From positions 1 to 48,315 of the forward strand of contig JAYUGC010000184.1 of assembly GCA_043767805.1 (NCBI GenBank): DNA of 48,315 nucleotides. Direction: 5' to 3'. A model generated the notes under the pieces. That model was given only the letters and a program-made list of their open reading frames with translations, searched no databases and was not told where the DNA came from. A program made the translations under genes and the position numbers. This document shows, in pieces, positions 26,991 to 38,062 of the stretch (the first letter of the stretch is position 1; every line of letters begins with the position of its first letter). The DNA is from Pseudomonadota bacterium. Lineage in GTDB: Bacteria; Bdellovibrionota; FAC87; UBA2466.

Positions 26991-28063
26991 AAAAGCTGAA
27001 GCTCGTCGTATCTGACTTCCATTTGGGCAAAGGCACCCGTTTGCCCAGCGGAAACCCCAACGTCATGGAAGATTTTCATCTCGATCACAAGTTCAAGGAG
27101 TTCCTTGAGTTCTATTCTAAGGGCGAGTACGCCGACTCCGAGATCGAGCTCATCATGAACGGCGACATGCTGAACCTCATTCAGGTCGACTATCACGGCC
27201 ATTACACCGTGGTCGTCACCGAGGGCGTCTCGCTCCATAAGGTCGAAGCGGTAATCAAGGGGCACCCGTTGTTCTTCGCGGCGCTGGTCAAATTTCTTCA
27301 GAACCCGAAGCATTCCCTCACCTATGTCGTCGGCAATCACGATCAGGAAATGATGTGGCCGAAGGTGCGCGCCTTTTTCGACAAGGCCGTCGGAGTTCCG
27401 GTCAACTGGAAGAGCAGTCATCATCTCGTCGACGGCTTGTATGTCGAGCACGGGCATCAGTACGAGGCCATCAACCGCGTCGATCCCCAGCTTCCGTTTC
27501 TGACGAAAAATCTCCCCGAGCCCATCCTGAACCTTCCCTGGGGAACGCTCTTCACCATTCAGTATTTGGTGCGGCTGAAGCAGCAGAAGCCTTTCATCGA
27601 CAAGGTTCGCCCGTTCAACATGCTCATCTGGTGGAGCCTCGTCCACGACACCTGGTCGACCCTGACCAACTTGTTTCGCCTGGTCGCCTATTTCATTGCC
27701 ACCCGTTTCTCGAAGAACCGCTACCGGCACTCGAATTTTCGGATGACCCTGAAGATGTTGCGCGAAGCTTCCATTTTCCCGGAGCTCGGCGACGCGGCGA
27801 AACGCATTTTGCGCACGCCGGAGATCCACACCGTGGTCTTCGGTCATACGCACGTGTACCGCCAGTTGGTTGTAGCCGACGGCAAGCAGTACCTGAACAC
27901 CGGATCGTGGACCGACATCGTTTCTCTCGATCTCGAGTCCTACGCCCGCCGCCAAAAGCTCACCTACGTCCGCATGGATTACGACGAGAACGGCCGCCCT
28001 TTCTCCTCGCTCCGGCATTGGATCGGTCATATTCCGCTCGAAGACGACGCGATGGCTTTCTAA
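26987..28063 (+). CDS. Calcineurin-like metallophosphoesterase (LpxH-like)
   Basis: SDFHLG, NGD, GNHD, EHGH, FGHTH, NTGSW. Confidence 0.9.
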   Translation: MKKLKLVVSDFHLGKGTRLPSGNPNVMEDFHLDHKFKEFLEFYSKGEYADSEIELIMNGDMLNLIQVDYHGHYTVVVTEGVSLHKVEAVIKGHPLFFAALVKFLQNPKHSLTYVVGNHDQEMMWPKVRAFFDKAVGVPVNWKSSHHLVDGLYVEHGHQYEAINRVDPQLPFLTKNLPEPILNLPWGTLFTIQYLVRLKQQKPFIDKVRPFNMLIWWSLVHDTWSTLTNLFRLVAYFIATRFSKNRYRHSNFRMTLKMLREASIFPELGDAAKRILRTPEIHTVVFGHTHVYRQLVVADGKQYLNTGSWTDIVSLDLESYARRQKLTYVRMDYDENGRPFSSLRHWIGHIPLEDDAMAF

Positions 28064-28099
28064 TCGCGATTAGGGTAAATCTCCGCGCAGGAGGCCCTA

Positions 28100-28747
28100 A
28101 TGAAGTACGCTTTCTTTTCCATTTTAGTTCTCTTTACCACCGTCCAAGCTTTCGCCCACCGTTGCGAAACGGAATGCAGCGAGAGCTGTTCGGATCTCGT
28201 TCAAGAGTACGAGACCATAATCCGCAACCACCGCACCTTTTGTCAGGGCAATCCCTCTGCGGGTTGCGCCGGCAAGCTCGCGACCAAGCGCCCGTACTGG
28301 AGCGCCTCCGAGCTAGCTTCCGCCTGCGCCAGCGCGCCGGCCGATTGCATTTTGGATCTCGCCGACGCCCGTCCTTACTGGTCGGCCGGAGAGCTCAATA
28401 CCGCGTGCAAAAATCAGTATGGAAATTGCGCGGGCCTGCTCGCCAAGAAACGTCCTTACTGGGGCGCCTCTGAGCTTGCCACCGCCTGCACGGGCGTTCC
28501 CGCTCAATGCATCTTGGATCTCGCCGACGCCCGTCCTTACTGGTCGGCCAGTGAAGTGAACACGGCTTGCAAAGGCGGCCACCACGGAAGCTGCGCGGGT
28601 AGGCTCGCGGTCATTCGCCCTTATTGGAGCGCGACGGAACTGGCCACGGCTTGCGTGAACGTGGACCCGACGTGCGTCCTCGATCTCGCGAAGACGAAGC
28701 CCTACTGGTCCGCGTCCGAGCTCAACTCGGCCTGCAAAACCAACTAG
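28100..28747 (+). CDS. Secreted Cys-rich tandem-repeat protein
   Basis: Signal peptide ending AFA-H; AGGAGG RBS; six C-x3-LA-x2-(R/K)PYW(S/G)A-x-E(L/V)-x2-AC units. Confidence 0.85.
   Translation: MKYAFFSILVLFTTVQAFAHRCETECSESCSDLVQEYETIIRNHRTFCQGNPSAGCAGKLATKRPYWSASELASACASAPADCILDLADARPYWSAGELNTACKNQYGNCAGLLAKKRPYWGASELATACTGVPAQCILDLADARPYWSASEVNTACKGGHHGSCAGRLAVIRPYWSATELATACVNVDPTCVLDLAKTKPYWSASELNSACKTN
28352..28549 (+). repeat. Identical 36-bp intragenic repeats (28352-28387 and 28514-28549)
   Basis: TTGGATCTCGCCGACGCCCGTCCTTACTGGTCGGCC twice, offset 162 nt = 54 aa. Confidence 0.9.
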
Positions 28748-28799
28748 TCTCTGAAAAGGTGTCAGGTCACCAACTCAAAATCAGAGGCATGGAGTCTCC

Positions 28800-29036
28800 T
28801 TAAATTTTTTCGTGAGACCCGTCGCAGTAGGGCGGAGTCTTGGTTTCTTTGCAGCCGCACCAGGAAACCGTGGTCGGCTCCTTGAACTCGACGAGGATCG
28901 GACCCAGACTCGTGCCGTCATAGGAGCCGTCGCAGTACGGCTGACGGGAAGACCGGCCGCAAGCACCCCACGCTCGCTTGCCGGGTTTTTCCTCTTTAAT
29001 ATAGGGCCCTTTATGCGGAATTTGAGCTGTTGCCAT
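28800..29036 (-). CDS. CDGSH iron-sulfur domain protein (two-motif type, first motif degenerate)
   Basis: WGACGRS...PYCDGSY and WCGCK.T..PPYCDGSH; ATG 29036 with a GGGAG RBS. Confidence 0.88.
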   Translation of the reverse strand: MATAQIPHKGPYIKEEKPGKRAWGACGRSSRQPYCDGSYDGTSLGPILVEFKEPTTVSWCGCKETKTPPYCDGSHEKI

Positions 29037-29069
29037 GGTGCTCCCAGGCTGATTTAACTTGAGGCCTCT

Positions 29070-29852
29070 ATGGAGGAGTCCCAGGTATTGTCGCAGGATC
29101 GAGTGAAAGTGCAACCGCTCCCCGAGAAACGTAACGCCCTGAATTCTATCCTTATTCCTCTCTGCTTTGTCTTAGGAATTCTGTGGACGGCGTTCATGTC
29201 GCTAATGGTCATCACCCTCTTTTCCATGAACCCTCGTTGGGGACATAACGGCGAACGACTTTGGGCGCGTTGGTGGTGCCGGCTTTTTGGCATTCGAGTG
29301 CACTTGGAAAATGCCCAAAACTTGCCGAAAGCGGGGGCCGTGCTCGCTCCCAACCACTCCAGCATGTGGGATATTTTGGTGACTGCGACGCTCCCCGTGG
29401 ACTTCAAATTCATCTCGAAGCGCCAGGTGAGAAAGATCCCCTTTCTCGGCTACTGCTTGAATGTCATGGGCACCTACTGGCTCGACCGCGACAGTAGCGG
29501 CAAGGATATCGCCGTTTTGAAAACCGTCGAGAACGGCTTGAGAAACGGCATACCCGTTTTGATGTTTCCCGAGGGAACTCGCAGCCGGACGGGAGAGCTT
29601 TTGCCTTTCAAAAAAGGCGCGTTCCGGACAGCGGCCAACGCCGGTGTCCCGCTCTGCCCCATGGCCATCTCGGGGACTTTTGCCATCGCCCCGCCCCAGA
29701 AACTCCCCGCCCGTCGCGGTCACGAAGTCGTGATCCGCATAGGCGAGCCGTTTCACGTCGATCCAGCCGATTCGCTGGAGCAAGTCTCGGACGAATTTCG
29801 CGCCAAACTCGTCGGACTTTTGGAAATGAACCGCTCGCGCAGTATGGTATAG
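29070..29852 (+). CDS. plsC: 1-acyl-sn-glycerol-3-phosphate acyltransferase
   Basis: NHSSMWD, FPEGTRS, FKKGAF. Confidence 0.9.
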   Translation: MEESQVLSQDRVKVQPLPEKRNALNSILIPLCFVLGILWTAFMSLMVITLFSMNPRWGHNGERLWARWWCRLFGIRVHLENAQNLPKAGAVLAPNHSSMWDILVTATLPVDFKFISKRQVRKIPFLGYCLNVMGTYWLDRDSSGKDIAVLKTVENGLRNGIPVLMFPEGTRSRTGELLPFKKGAFRTAANAGVPLCPMAISGTFAIAPPQKLPARRGHEVVIRIGEPFHVDPADSLEQVSDEFRAKLVGLLEMNRSRSMV

Positions 29853-29861
29853 TGGCTCGTT

Positions 29862-32387
<2,526 letters not shown>

Positions 32388-32390
32388 GCG

Positions 32391-33206
32391 ATGCTCGCCA
32401 CGTGCCCGAACTGCCTGACTCAAATCGTTCAGAAAGAAATGACCTCCGAGGTCAAGTGCCCGGATTGCGCCACGGTCTTTGCGGCGTTCCTGAAGGTCAA
32501 TTTCGAGGAGACGCCGGAGGAAGCGCCGGAGCCGAGTGTTCCGCCACCGGCCGAAACGACGGGTGAGCACTCGAGTCCAGGCTCGGTGCCGTCCTTCGAT
32601 CCTCCCTCATTCGACGCGCCCCCTCCGGAAATTCCGACTTTCGATCCGCCCGCGTTTGAAGTGGCGCCCAGCTTTGAGGCTCCGGCTTTCGAGGCGCCTG
32701 CCCCCGAGCCGGCCCCGGCCCTGATGGATTTTGGAAACCCGACCGGCATGATCGACATCGGCCCCGGGCCCAAAAGCATGAGCGAGCCCGCCGAAAAGGG
32801 CGAGTTCGCGGAGAGCAAGACCGCCTTCGCCGACATCCGGGAATTTGGCGAAACCTTGCAAGAAAAGCCGAAGCCCGCGAAAGCGCCGCCGCGCTCTCCC
32901 GCGCCGGGCCCCAACGAAGCGCAGCCCGTTCCCTCGCCCGTTTTGAAAACGAGCGGAGGCGGCGCCTGGCTCATGACCTCCGGCGACGCGCTCCAAAATC
33001 ACACTATCGTCGAGTATCTCTCTCCCGTGTCCGTGCTCTCCGAGCTCGTGCCCGGGGATAATCCCATGGCTCCGGCGTTTGCCGCCTTGCGCGCGCAGTC
33101 GGCGAAGCTCGGGGGAAATGGCGTTGTGGCCATGCGCTGGTCTCTGTCGGGAGACGCGAGCAAAGTCCTCGTGAGCGGCACCGCCGTGAAGTGCGCGAAA
33201 TCGTGA
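32391..33206 (+). CDS. Zn-ribbon / Pro-rich linker / YbjQ-like (heavy-metal-binding fold) protein
   Basis: CPNC..CPDC; FxxPxF repeats; MTSGD.LQ.H.IVEYL...LRAQS.KLGGNGVVAMR...SGTAVK. Confidence 0.75.
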   Translation: MLATCPNCLTQIVQKEMTSEVKCPDCATVFAAFLKVNFEETPEEAPEPSVPPPAETTGEHSSPGSVPSFDPPSFDAPPPEIPTFDPPAFEVAPSFEAPAFEAPAPEPAPALMDFGNPTGMIDIGPGPKSMSEPAEKGEFAESKTAFADIREFGETLQEKPKPAKAPPRSPAPGPNEAQPVPSPVLKTSGGGAWLMTSGDALQNHTIVEYLSPVSVLSELVPGDNPMAPAFAALRAQSAKLGGNGVVAMRWSLSGDASKVLVSGTAVKCAKS

Positions 33207-33715
33207 AGCGCCCGAAAGCTGCTTCCTTCGAAGTCCGCCCCGTTTCCGCCCGCCCTTTGAAAAGTGCCATGGATACGTTACGCCCCGAGCTCTCGGGAAG
33301 CCGGTGCCTCGATCTCTTCGCGGGCCTGGGGCGCTTCGGCCTGGGAGCGCTGAAAGAAGGCGCCTTCGCGGTGACCTTCGTGGACACGTCCGGCCCGTAT
33401 CTCGAAGAGGTGAAGACCGGCGCGAAACCCTATGGCGACGCGGCCCGTTTCGTGCGGGACGACGCCTTCCGGTTTCTGGCGCGGACGGACGATGCCTTCG
33501 ACATCGTTTTCGCCGATCCTCCCTTCCCGCTTTGGAAAGGGAGCTTCGAGGAAAAACTTTTTGCCGCGGTTCTTCCCAGACTCGCGCCTTCCGCCATTTT
33601 TCTTGTGAAACACCCGGAGGGGGTGTTAGTTTCCGGTCCCGGGTTCACACGAATTAAAATCTCTCCCTTTGGAGAATCCGCTCTGAGTTATTTCACCCAT
33701 GGGAACGACCAGTAA
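33191..33715 (+). CDS. rsmD: 16S rRNA m2G966 methyltransferase RsmD-like
   Basis: VRP, LDLFAG.G..GL.AL..GA..VTFVD, FDIVFADPPF; usual rsmD-coaD synteny. Confidence 0.88.
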   Translation: MREIVKRPKAASFEVRPVSARPLKSAMDTLRPELSGSRCLDLFAGLGRFGLGALKEGAFAVTFVDTSGPYLEEVKTGAKPYGDAARFVRDDAFRFLARTDDAFDIVFADPPFPLWKGSFEEKLFAAVLPRLAPSAIFLVKHPEGVLVSGPGFTRIKISPFGESALSYFTHGNDQ

Positions 33716-34199
33716 AGCCAAAGGCACTCACGCTCTCTACCCGGGAACTTTCGATCCCATCACGAACGGTCACGTGGATCTCATCCGCCGTTCCCTTTCC
33801 ATTTTCGACAAAGTCACGGTGCTCGTCGCTCACTCGGGCAAGAAGACGCCGCTTTTTAAAGCGGAAGAGCGCAAAGCCCTGGTGGAGACTTGCTTCAAGG
33901 GCGATAAGCGCATCCAGGTCGAAGTCCATGACGGGCTGCTCGCGACCTACGCCAAGAAGCACGACATCCACGTCATCTTGCGCGGCCTGCGCGGGATTTC
34001 CGATTTCGAGTACGAATTTCAGATGGCCACCATGAATCGGCGGATGCTCCCCGATTTGGAGACTTTCTTTCTTATGGCCTCCGAACGTTTTTTCTTCGTG
34101 AACTCAACTCTCGTGAAAGAAGTCGTCTCCCACGGGGGCGACGTATCCGAGCTGGTGCCGCCCGCGGTACTGACCCGACTTCACGAGCGTTTCAAGTAA
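33699..34199 (+). CDS. coaD: Phosphopantetheine adenylyltransferase
   Basis: YPGTFDPITNGH, RGLR..SDFEYEFQMA..NR. Confidence 0.97.
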   Translation: MGTTSKAKGTHALYPGTFDPITNGHVDLIRRSLSIFDKVTVLVAHSGKKTPLFKAEERKALVETCFKGDKRIQVEVHDGLLATYAKKHDIHVILRGLRGISDFEYEFQMATMNRRMLPDLETFFLMASERFFFVNSTLVKEVVSHGGDVSELVPPAVLTRLHERFK

Positions 34200-34212
34200 G
34201 GGAAGGTCGTCC

Positions 34213-35394
34213 ATGCTCAAGTTTGCCGCTCGGGTCGATTCACTCAAGTCGTCCGCGACCATGGAAATCACGGCCAAAGCGCAAGAGCTCAAAAGCAAAG
34301 GGTTCGACGTCATCGGGCTCGCGGCGGGAGAGCCTGATTTCGACACTCCGGAAGTGATCCGGCAAGCTTGCGTGAAAGCGCTCGCCGACGGCATCACCCG
34401 ATACACGCCGGCCGCGGGCTTCTTGGCCCTTCGGCAAGCCGTCGCGGAGAAATGCACCAAAGAGTACGGCTTTGAGACGACCGCGGACGAAGTGGTCATC
34501 ACTAGCGGCGCTAAGCACGCCATTTTTCTCGCTCTCCAATGCCTGGTCGGCCCGGGAGATGCGGTTCTTTTGCCCACCCCCGCGTGGGTCAGCTACGCGC
34601 CCATGATCGAGCTCCAGGGAGCGACGGTCATTCCCCTGCCGCTTCTCGAAGAGGACGGTTTTCAGGTCAACGTCGATCGCTGGAAGGGGCTTGCGATTCC
34701 GCCCAATGCCCGCGGCATCATCATCAATTCCCCGAACAATCCCACGGGCGCGGTTTACTCGGGCGAGCAGTTAAAGCGGCTCGCCGCCTGGGCGATGCAG
34801 AGAAATCTCTGGATAATGTCCGACGAGATCTACGACAAAATCACTTTCGACGGAAACGACCACGTCGCGATCGCGTCCCTCGGGCCCGAGGTGAAGGCGA
34901 TGACCATCACCATCAATGGATTCTCGAAAAGCCATTGCATGACGGGCTGGCGGCTCGGCTGGTCGATCACCACTCCGGAGCTTGCCAAGAAAATAGCGAA
35001 CCTCCAAAGCCAGGCCAATAGCCACGTGACGAGTTTCGTGCAGTGGGCGGGTCTTGCCGCCGCGAAACTCCCCACGACCGAGCTCGACAAGATGGTGAAG
35101 GAGTTCGATGCCCGCCGCCGCTACTGCTGCGAACGCCTCGACAAAATGTCGAAGTGGGTCAGCTACTCGAAGCCGCAGGGAGCGTTCTATCTCTTCATCA
35201 ATCTCTCAAAGTGGCTGCGCGAGAAGAAAATGTCGGACGGCGATTTCTGCCGCAATTTCTTGACCGCGCAGTATGTCGGCACTGTCCCTGGCTCCGCGTT
35301 CGGCTGCCCGGATCACATCCGCGTCAGCTATGCGACGTCGATGACCAATCTAAAAAACGCCTTCGATCGTCTCGATACGTTTCTCAACGCGTAA
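34213..35394 (+). CDS. Class I PLP-dependent (aspartate-type) aminotransferase
   Basis: GEPDFDTP, NSPNNPTG, SDEIY, FSKSHCMTGWRLG, PQGAFY. Confidence 0.95.
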   Translation: MLKFAARVDSLKSSATMEITAKAQELKSKGFDVIGLAAGEPDFDTPEVIRQACVKALADGITRYTPAAGFLALRQAVAEKCTKEYGFETTADEVVITSGAKHAIFLALQCLVGPGDAVLLPTPAWVSYAPMIELQGATVIPLPLLEEDGFQVNVDRWKGLAIPPNARGIIINSPNNPTGAVYSGEQLKRLAAWAMQRNLWIMSDEIYDKITFDGNDHVAIASLGPEVKAMTITINGFSKSHCMTGWRLGWSITTPELAKKIANLQSQANSHVTSFVQWAGLAAAKLPTTELDKMVKEFDARRRYCCERLDKMSKWVSYSKPQGAFYLFINLSKWLREKKMSDGDFCRNFLTAQYVGTVPGSAFGCPDHIRVSYATSMTNLKNAFDRLDTFLNA

Positions 35395-35406
35395 AGGGAT
35401 CGGGAA

Positions 35407-35554
35407 GTCACTGGTTGCTAGCTGCTGGTGCGAGGTAAGCTATTTTGATCTTTGCCTGCCGCACTCCTCATTGACGAGAGGCAGACGTTAACGAGCCGCC
35501 CGTCAGGAGAAGATCTAATTGATTTCCTCGTACCAGCATCCAGCAACCCGTGAC
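35407..35554 (+). ncRNA. Candidate long-hairpin ncRNA (6S-like architecture) or MITE-like element
   Basis: Nested pairings GTCAC/GTGAC, GGTTGCT/AGCAACC, TGCTGGTGCGAGG/CCTCGTACCAGCA (G-U on + strand), AT-rich bubble, GATCTT/AAGATC, CTCC/GGAG, TGACG/CGTCA. Confidence 0.5.
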
Positions 35555-35556
35555 CG

Positions 35557-35589
35557 GCCCTGCCCGGCTACGCCCTGCCCGGCTACGCC
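35557..35589. repeat. 15-bp tandem duplication
   Basis: GCCCTGCCCGGCTAC x2 plus GCC. Confidence 0.85.
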
Positions 35590-35598
35590 GCGGCCGGC

Positions 35599-36921
35599 TT
35601 AGAAGCTCTGACCTAGTTCCAAGTAGAACGACGTTTTTTCACCTGTGATCGCAAAATCCCCGCGAAGAATGAATCGATTGTTCCAGATGATTCTCATTCC
35701 CCATCCCGTCGAGACGTGCCACGTCCCGAGCCGAAGCGGAAAAACCGTCGGCCACACGCGGGCCACGTCGAGGAAAGGAACGAGGCCCAGTTTAAATTTC
35801 TGGCCGGCGAAATTGACGACGAACGGATCCCACCTGAGCTCCAGGCCGAGCACGAACTTCAGCTTGTCGATGAAGCGGTTACTCTCAAAACCGCGGATAT
35901 ATTTATCCCCTCCGAAACCGATGGTGGGATCGGCGCCCCCGACGGAGTCGAGCTCGTAGAACGGCACATTGCCCACGATAGACTCAAAGAGCGCGCGGTA
36001 AGCAAAGACCAGTTTCGGATGAATAGTTTGGTAATGACGGTGCGTATAGGTCGCTCGCCAAAAGTTATACTCACTGCCGGTAAACTTCTGATAGGCGGCG
36101 AGATAGAACTCATGGGTGTGCCCTTTCGTTGGATACGGCTCGAAATCGAGGGTATCAAAGACGAAAGCGGCGCCAAAAAAGTGGGTGCGCCCACCCACCG
36201 TGCCCAAAGGCATGTCGCGGTCGAGAAGACTTCCCGGTAGCACCGTCACCGTCGTCCATTTGAAGCCGAAGATGGGACCGGCGCGGAAGTTACGGGAGAA
36301 GTTTTTCAAGACCTGGATATTGAGAGACGGCCAAGCGCGCACGTTTTGGTACAGAACGGAGTCTTGAGCGAGGAGCACGGGGTCGACCCGCGTCTCGTTG
36401 CCGATGCCGAAGTAGCGCAGCTGAATGTCCCGATCGTAAGCCGCTCTCACCTTGATGCGGAAAGCGCCGTCGAAAGCGAAGGGAAAGTCGAGATGGAGAA
36501 GATGTTTGTAGCGGCCTTTGTCCGTCGCCAAAACCTGCGCTTCGATCTGCATTTTGTGCGGATCTTCGCGTTGAATGTTTTGAATGGCGACGCGAAGGCC
36601 GATGGCAAATCCATTGTTACCGCCTGGATAGAGCAGCGGAAGCCCCTGCATCGTCCAGGGATCGCCCCAGAGGTCGAAAGCTTTTCTCTGTACTATGCTG
36701 TCCAGCCGGCTCGCAACTTCTTCGCCGAACTTGCGAATGTCGCGGCCCACGTTCCCGCGCTGCTTTTTTTCTTCGTCGAGTTTCTTGCGCCGGATCTCTT
36801 GGCCCGACTCGATGGTCTTGACGTCAGGCAGCTCGGCGACGGCAAGCGATAGCGACGGCGCGGAGGCCAGCCAAAAGGCGAGCGCCAAGGCATGTAGGCG
36901 AATGGGCAACACTTTTCCCAT
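35599..36921 (-). CDS. Omp85/BamA-TamA family outer-membrane protein without POTRA domains
   Basis: Signal peptide; PLLY...NGF..G, YFGIGN, P.KG, IRGFE.NRF.D (VRGY-like), C-terminal ELGQSF. Confidence 0.85.
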   Translation of the reverse strand: MGKVLPIRLHALALAFWLASAPSLSLAVAELPDVKTIESGQEIRRKKLDEEKKQRGNVGRDIRKFGEEVASRLDSIVQRKAFDLWGDPWTMQGLPLLYPGGNNGFAIGLRVAIQNIQREDPHKMQIEAQVLATDKGRYKHLLHLDFPFAFDGAFRIKVRAAYDRDIQLRYFGIGNETRVDPVLLAQDSVLYQNVRAWPSLNIQVLKNFSRNFRAGPIFGFKWTTVTVLPGSLLDRDMPLGTVGGRTHFFGAAFVFDTLDFEPYPTKGHTHEFYLAAYQKFTGSEYNFWRATYTHRHYQTIHPKLVFAYRALFESIVGNVPFYELDSVGGADPTIGFGGDKYIRGFESNRFIDKLKFVLGLELRWDPFVVNFAGQKFKLGLVPFLDVARVWPTVFPLRLGTWHVSTGWGMRIIWNNRFILRGDFAITGEKTSFYLELGQSF

Positions 36922-36966
36922 TCTGTCCCATTTTGGGATCAGCGACTAGCAGGCAGAAGTAGAGAA

Positions 36967-37608
36967 TTAAAAGGTGAAGCCGATTCCGGCGCCGCCGAAG
37001 GGACCGGACATATTAAACGTTGCGCCATTACCGAGCAGCGGAACGGGGTTTGCGAAGTCTTTGACCTCGAACAGGCGATAGCCGCCCGTGAGCATCAAGG
37101 TGAAGGTGCCGGTCAGCCGAAGGCCGAGGGTCGCGCGGGCCTCGTAAGCGATGGGCGTAGACTCCGTCGTATAAGTGGCTCCGGTCGAAGAAGAAACGCC
37201 GAGCTTCAAAGGGAAAGCGATGGCTCCGGTCAGCATCCAAAACGACCGGGCATTGCCGCCTCGAAATCCAGTCTCGAGACCGAGCCCTTGGTAATCGAGC
37301 CGATTGTTCTCGGCGCCGGCCGCTCCCGACATTTTTCGCTGGGCGTACCAGTACTCGAGGCGGGTGCCGAGGTAGACGTACTTGCCGAGCGTCGTACCGA
37401 CGGCGAGAGACACGACCCCGGCGGTGGCGAACTGCTGGGTGTAGCTCGTGTCGCTCAAAAAGTCCGCATCGCTTTGGCTGTATTGAAAATCGCCCGTTAG
37501 CTGAATGAGCCATTTCCAATTTTTTGGCCCGTTACCGCCGCCGTAGGCAAAAGCAGAGCTCGCGGTAAGAGTGAGTACGACAATTAAAACCCGTTTAAAT
37601 TGACTCAT
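36967..37608 (-). CDS. Small outer-membrane beta-barrel protein
   Basis: Signal peptide from ATG 37608; amphipathic strands; GGYR; C-terminal GIGFTF. Confidence 0.8.
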   Translation of the reverse strand: MSQFKRVLIVVLTLTASSAFAYGGGNGPKNWKWLIQLTGDFQYSQSDADFLSDTSYTQQFATAGVVSLAVGTTLGKYVYLGTRLEYWYAQRKMSGAAGAENNRLDYQGLGLETGFRGGNARSFWMLTGAIAFPLKLGVSSSTGATYTTESTPIAYEARATLGLRLTGTFTLMLTGGYRLFEVKDFANPVPLLGNGATFNMSGPFGGAGIGFTF

Positions 37609-37659
37609 AGCATTCCTCTCCAAGTCTTCCCACTCTTCTTCATCGGAAGAATTTGAGAG

Positions 37660-38016
37660 TTACCGAAGGAAACGCTGAGGACGCGATGCATCCTGATTCC
37701 AGCCTTCTTTGGAGAGTGCGGTTTTGAGATCGGCGGGTCCCGTCGGAGGCACGACGCCTGAGCGGTCTTCCAGAGAGACGTCCACGTAATCGAGGCCGCA
37801 TTGGAGCACGCGGATGAAGAGCTCCCGCAAACGGAGCTCGTCTTGGGCCTGGGAAAGGCTCGCTGCCATTTCAGGGGTCACCAGGCAAGGGAGGCTCGGG
37901 TGCCCTGGACGCTGCCCCTTCAAATAGCGCGGGGCCAGCCGAAGCGCGTAGTTCGACTGAGAGAGGTCCACCGGAGACGCCGCCTGAGCCGCTAAAAAGA
38001 GGAAAATCCAACGCAC
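37660..38016 (-). CDS. Small secreted protein resembling a minimised DdpX/VanX (M15D) fold lacking Zn ligands
   Basis: CLVTPEMAASLSQAQDEL....L.IRVLQC, VDVSLED.SG, LK.AL..EGW. Confidence 0.55.
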   Translation of the reverse strand: MRWIFLFLAAQAASPVDLSQSNYALRLAPRYLKGQRPGHPSLPCLVTPEMAASLSQAQDELRLRELFIRVLQCGLDYVDVSLEDRSGVVPPTGPADLKTALSKEGWNQDASRPQRFLR

Positions 38017-38062
38017 CGGCCCAATCTCGGCTAGGGCGAAGGGCCTGTCAACCCGAGTCGCC

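Noticed and set aside
28352..28549. 36-bp direct repeats resembling a CRISPR repeat length
   Set aside because: Only two copies, in frame inside a protein repeat, 126-nt spacing, and no cas genes
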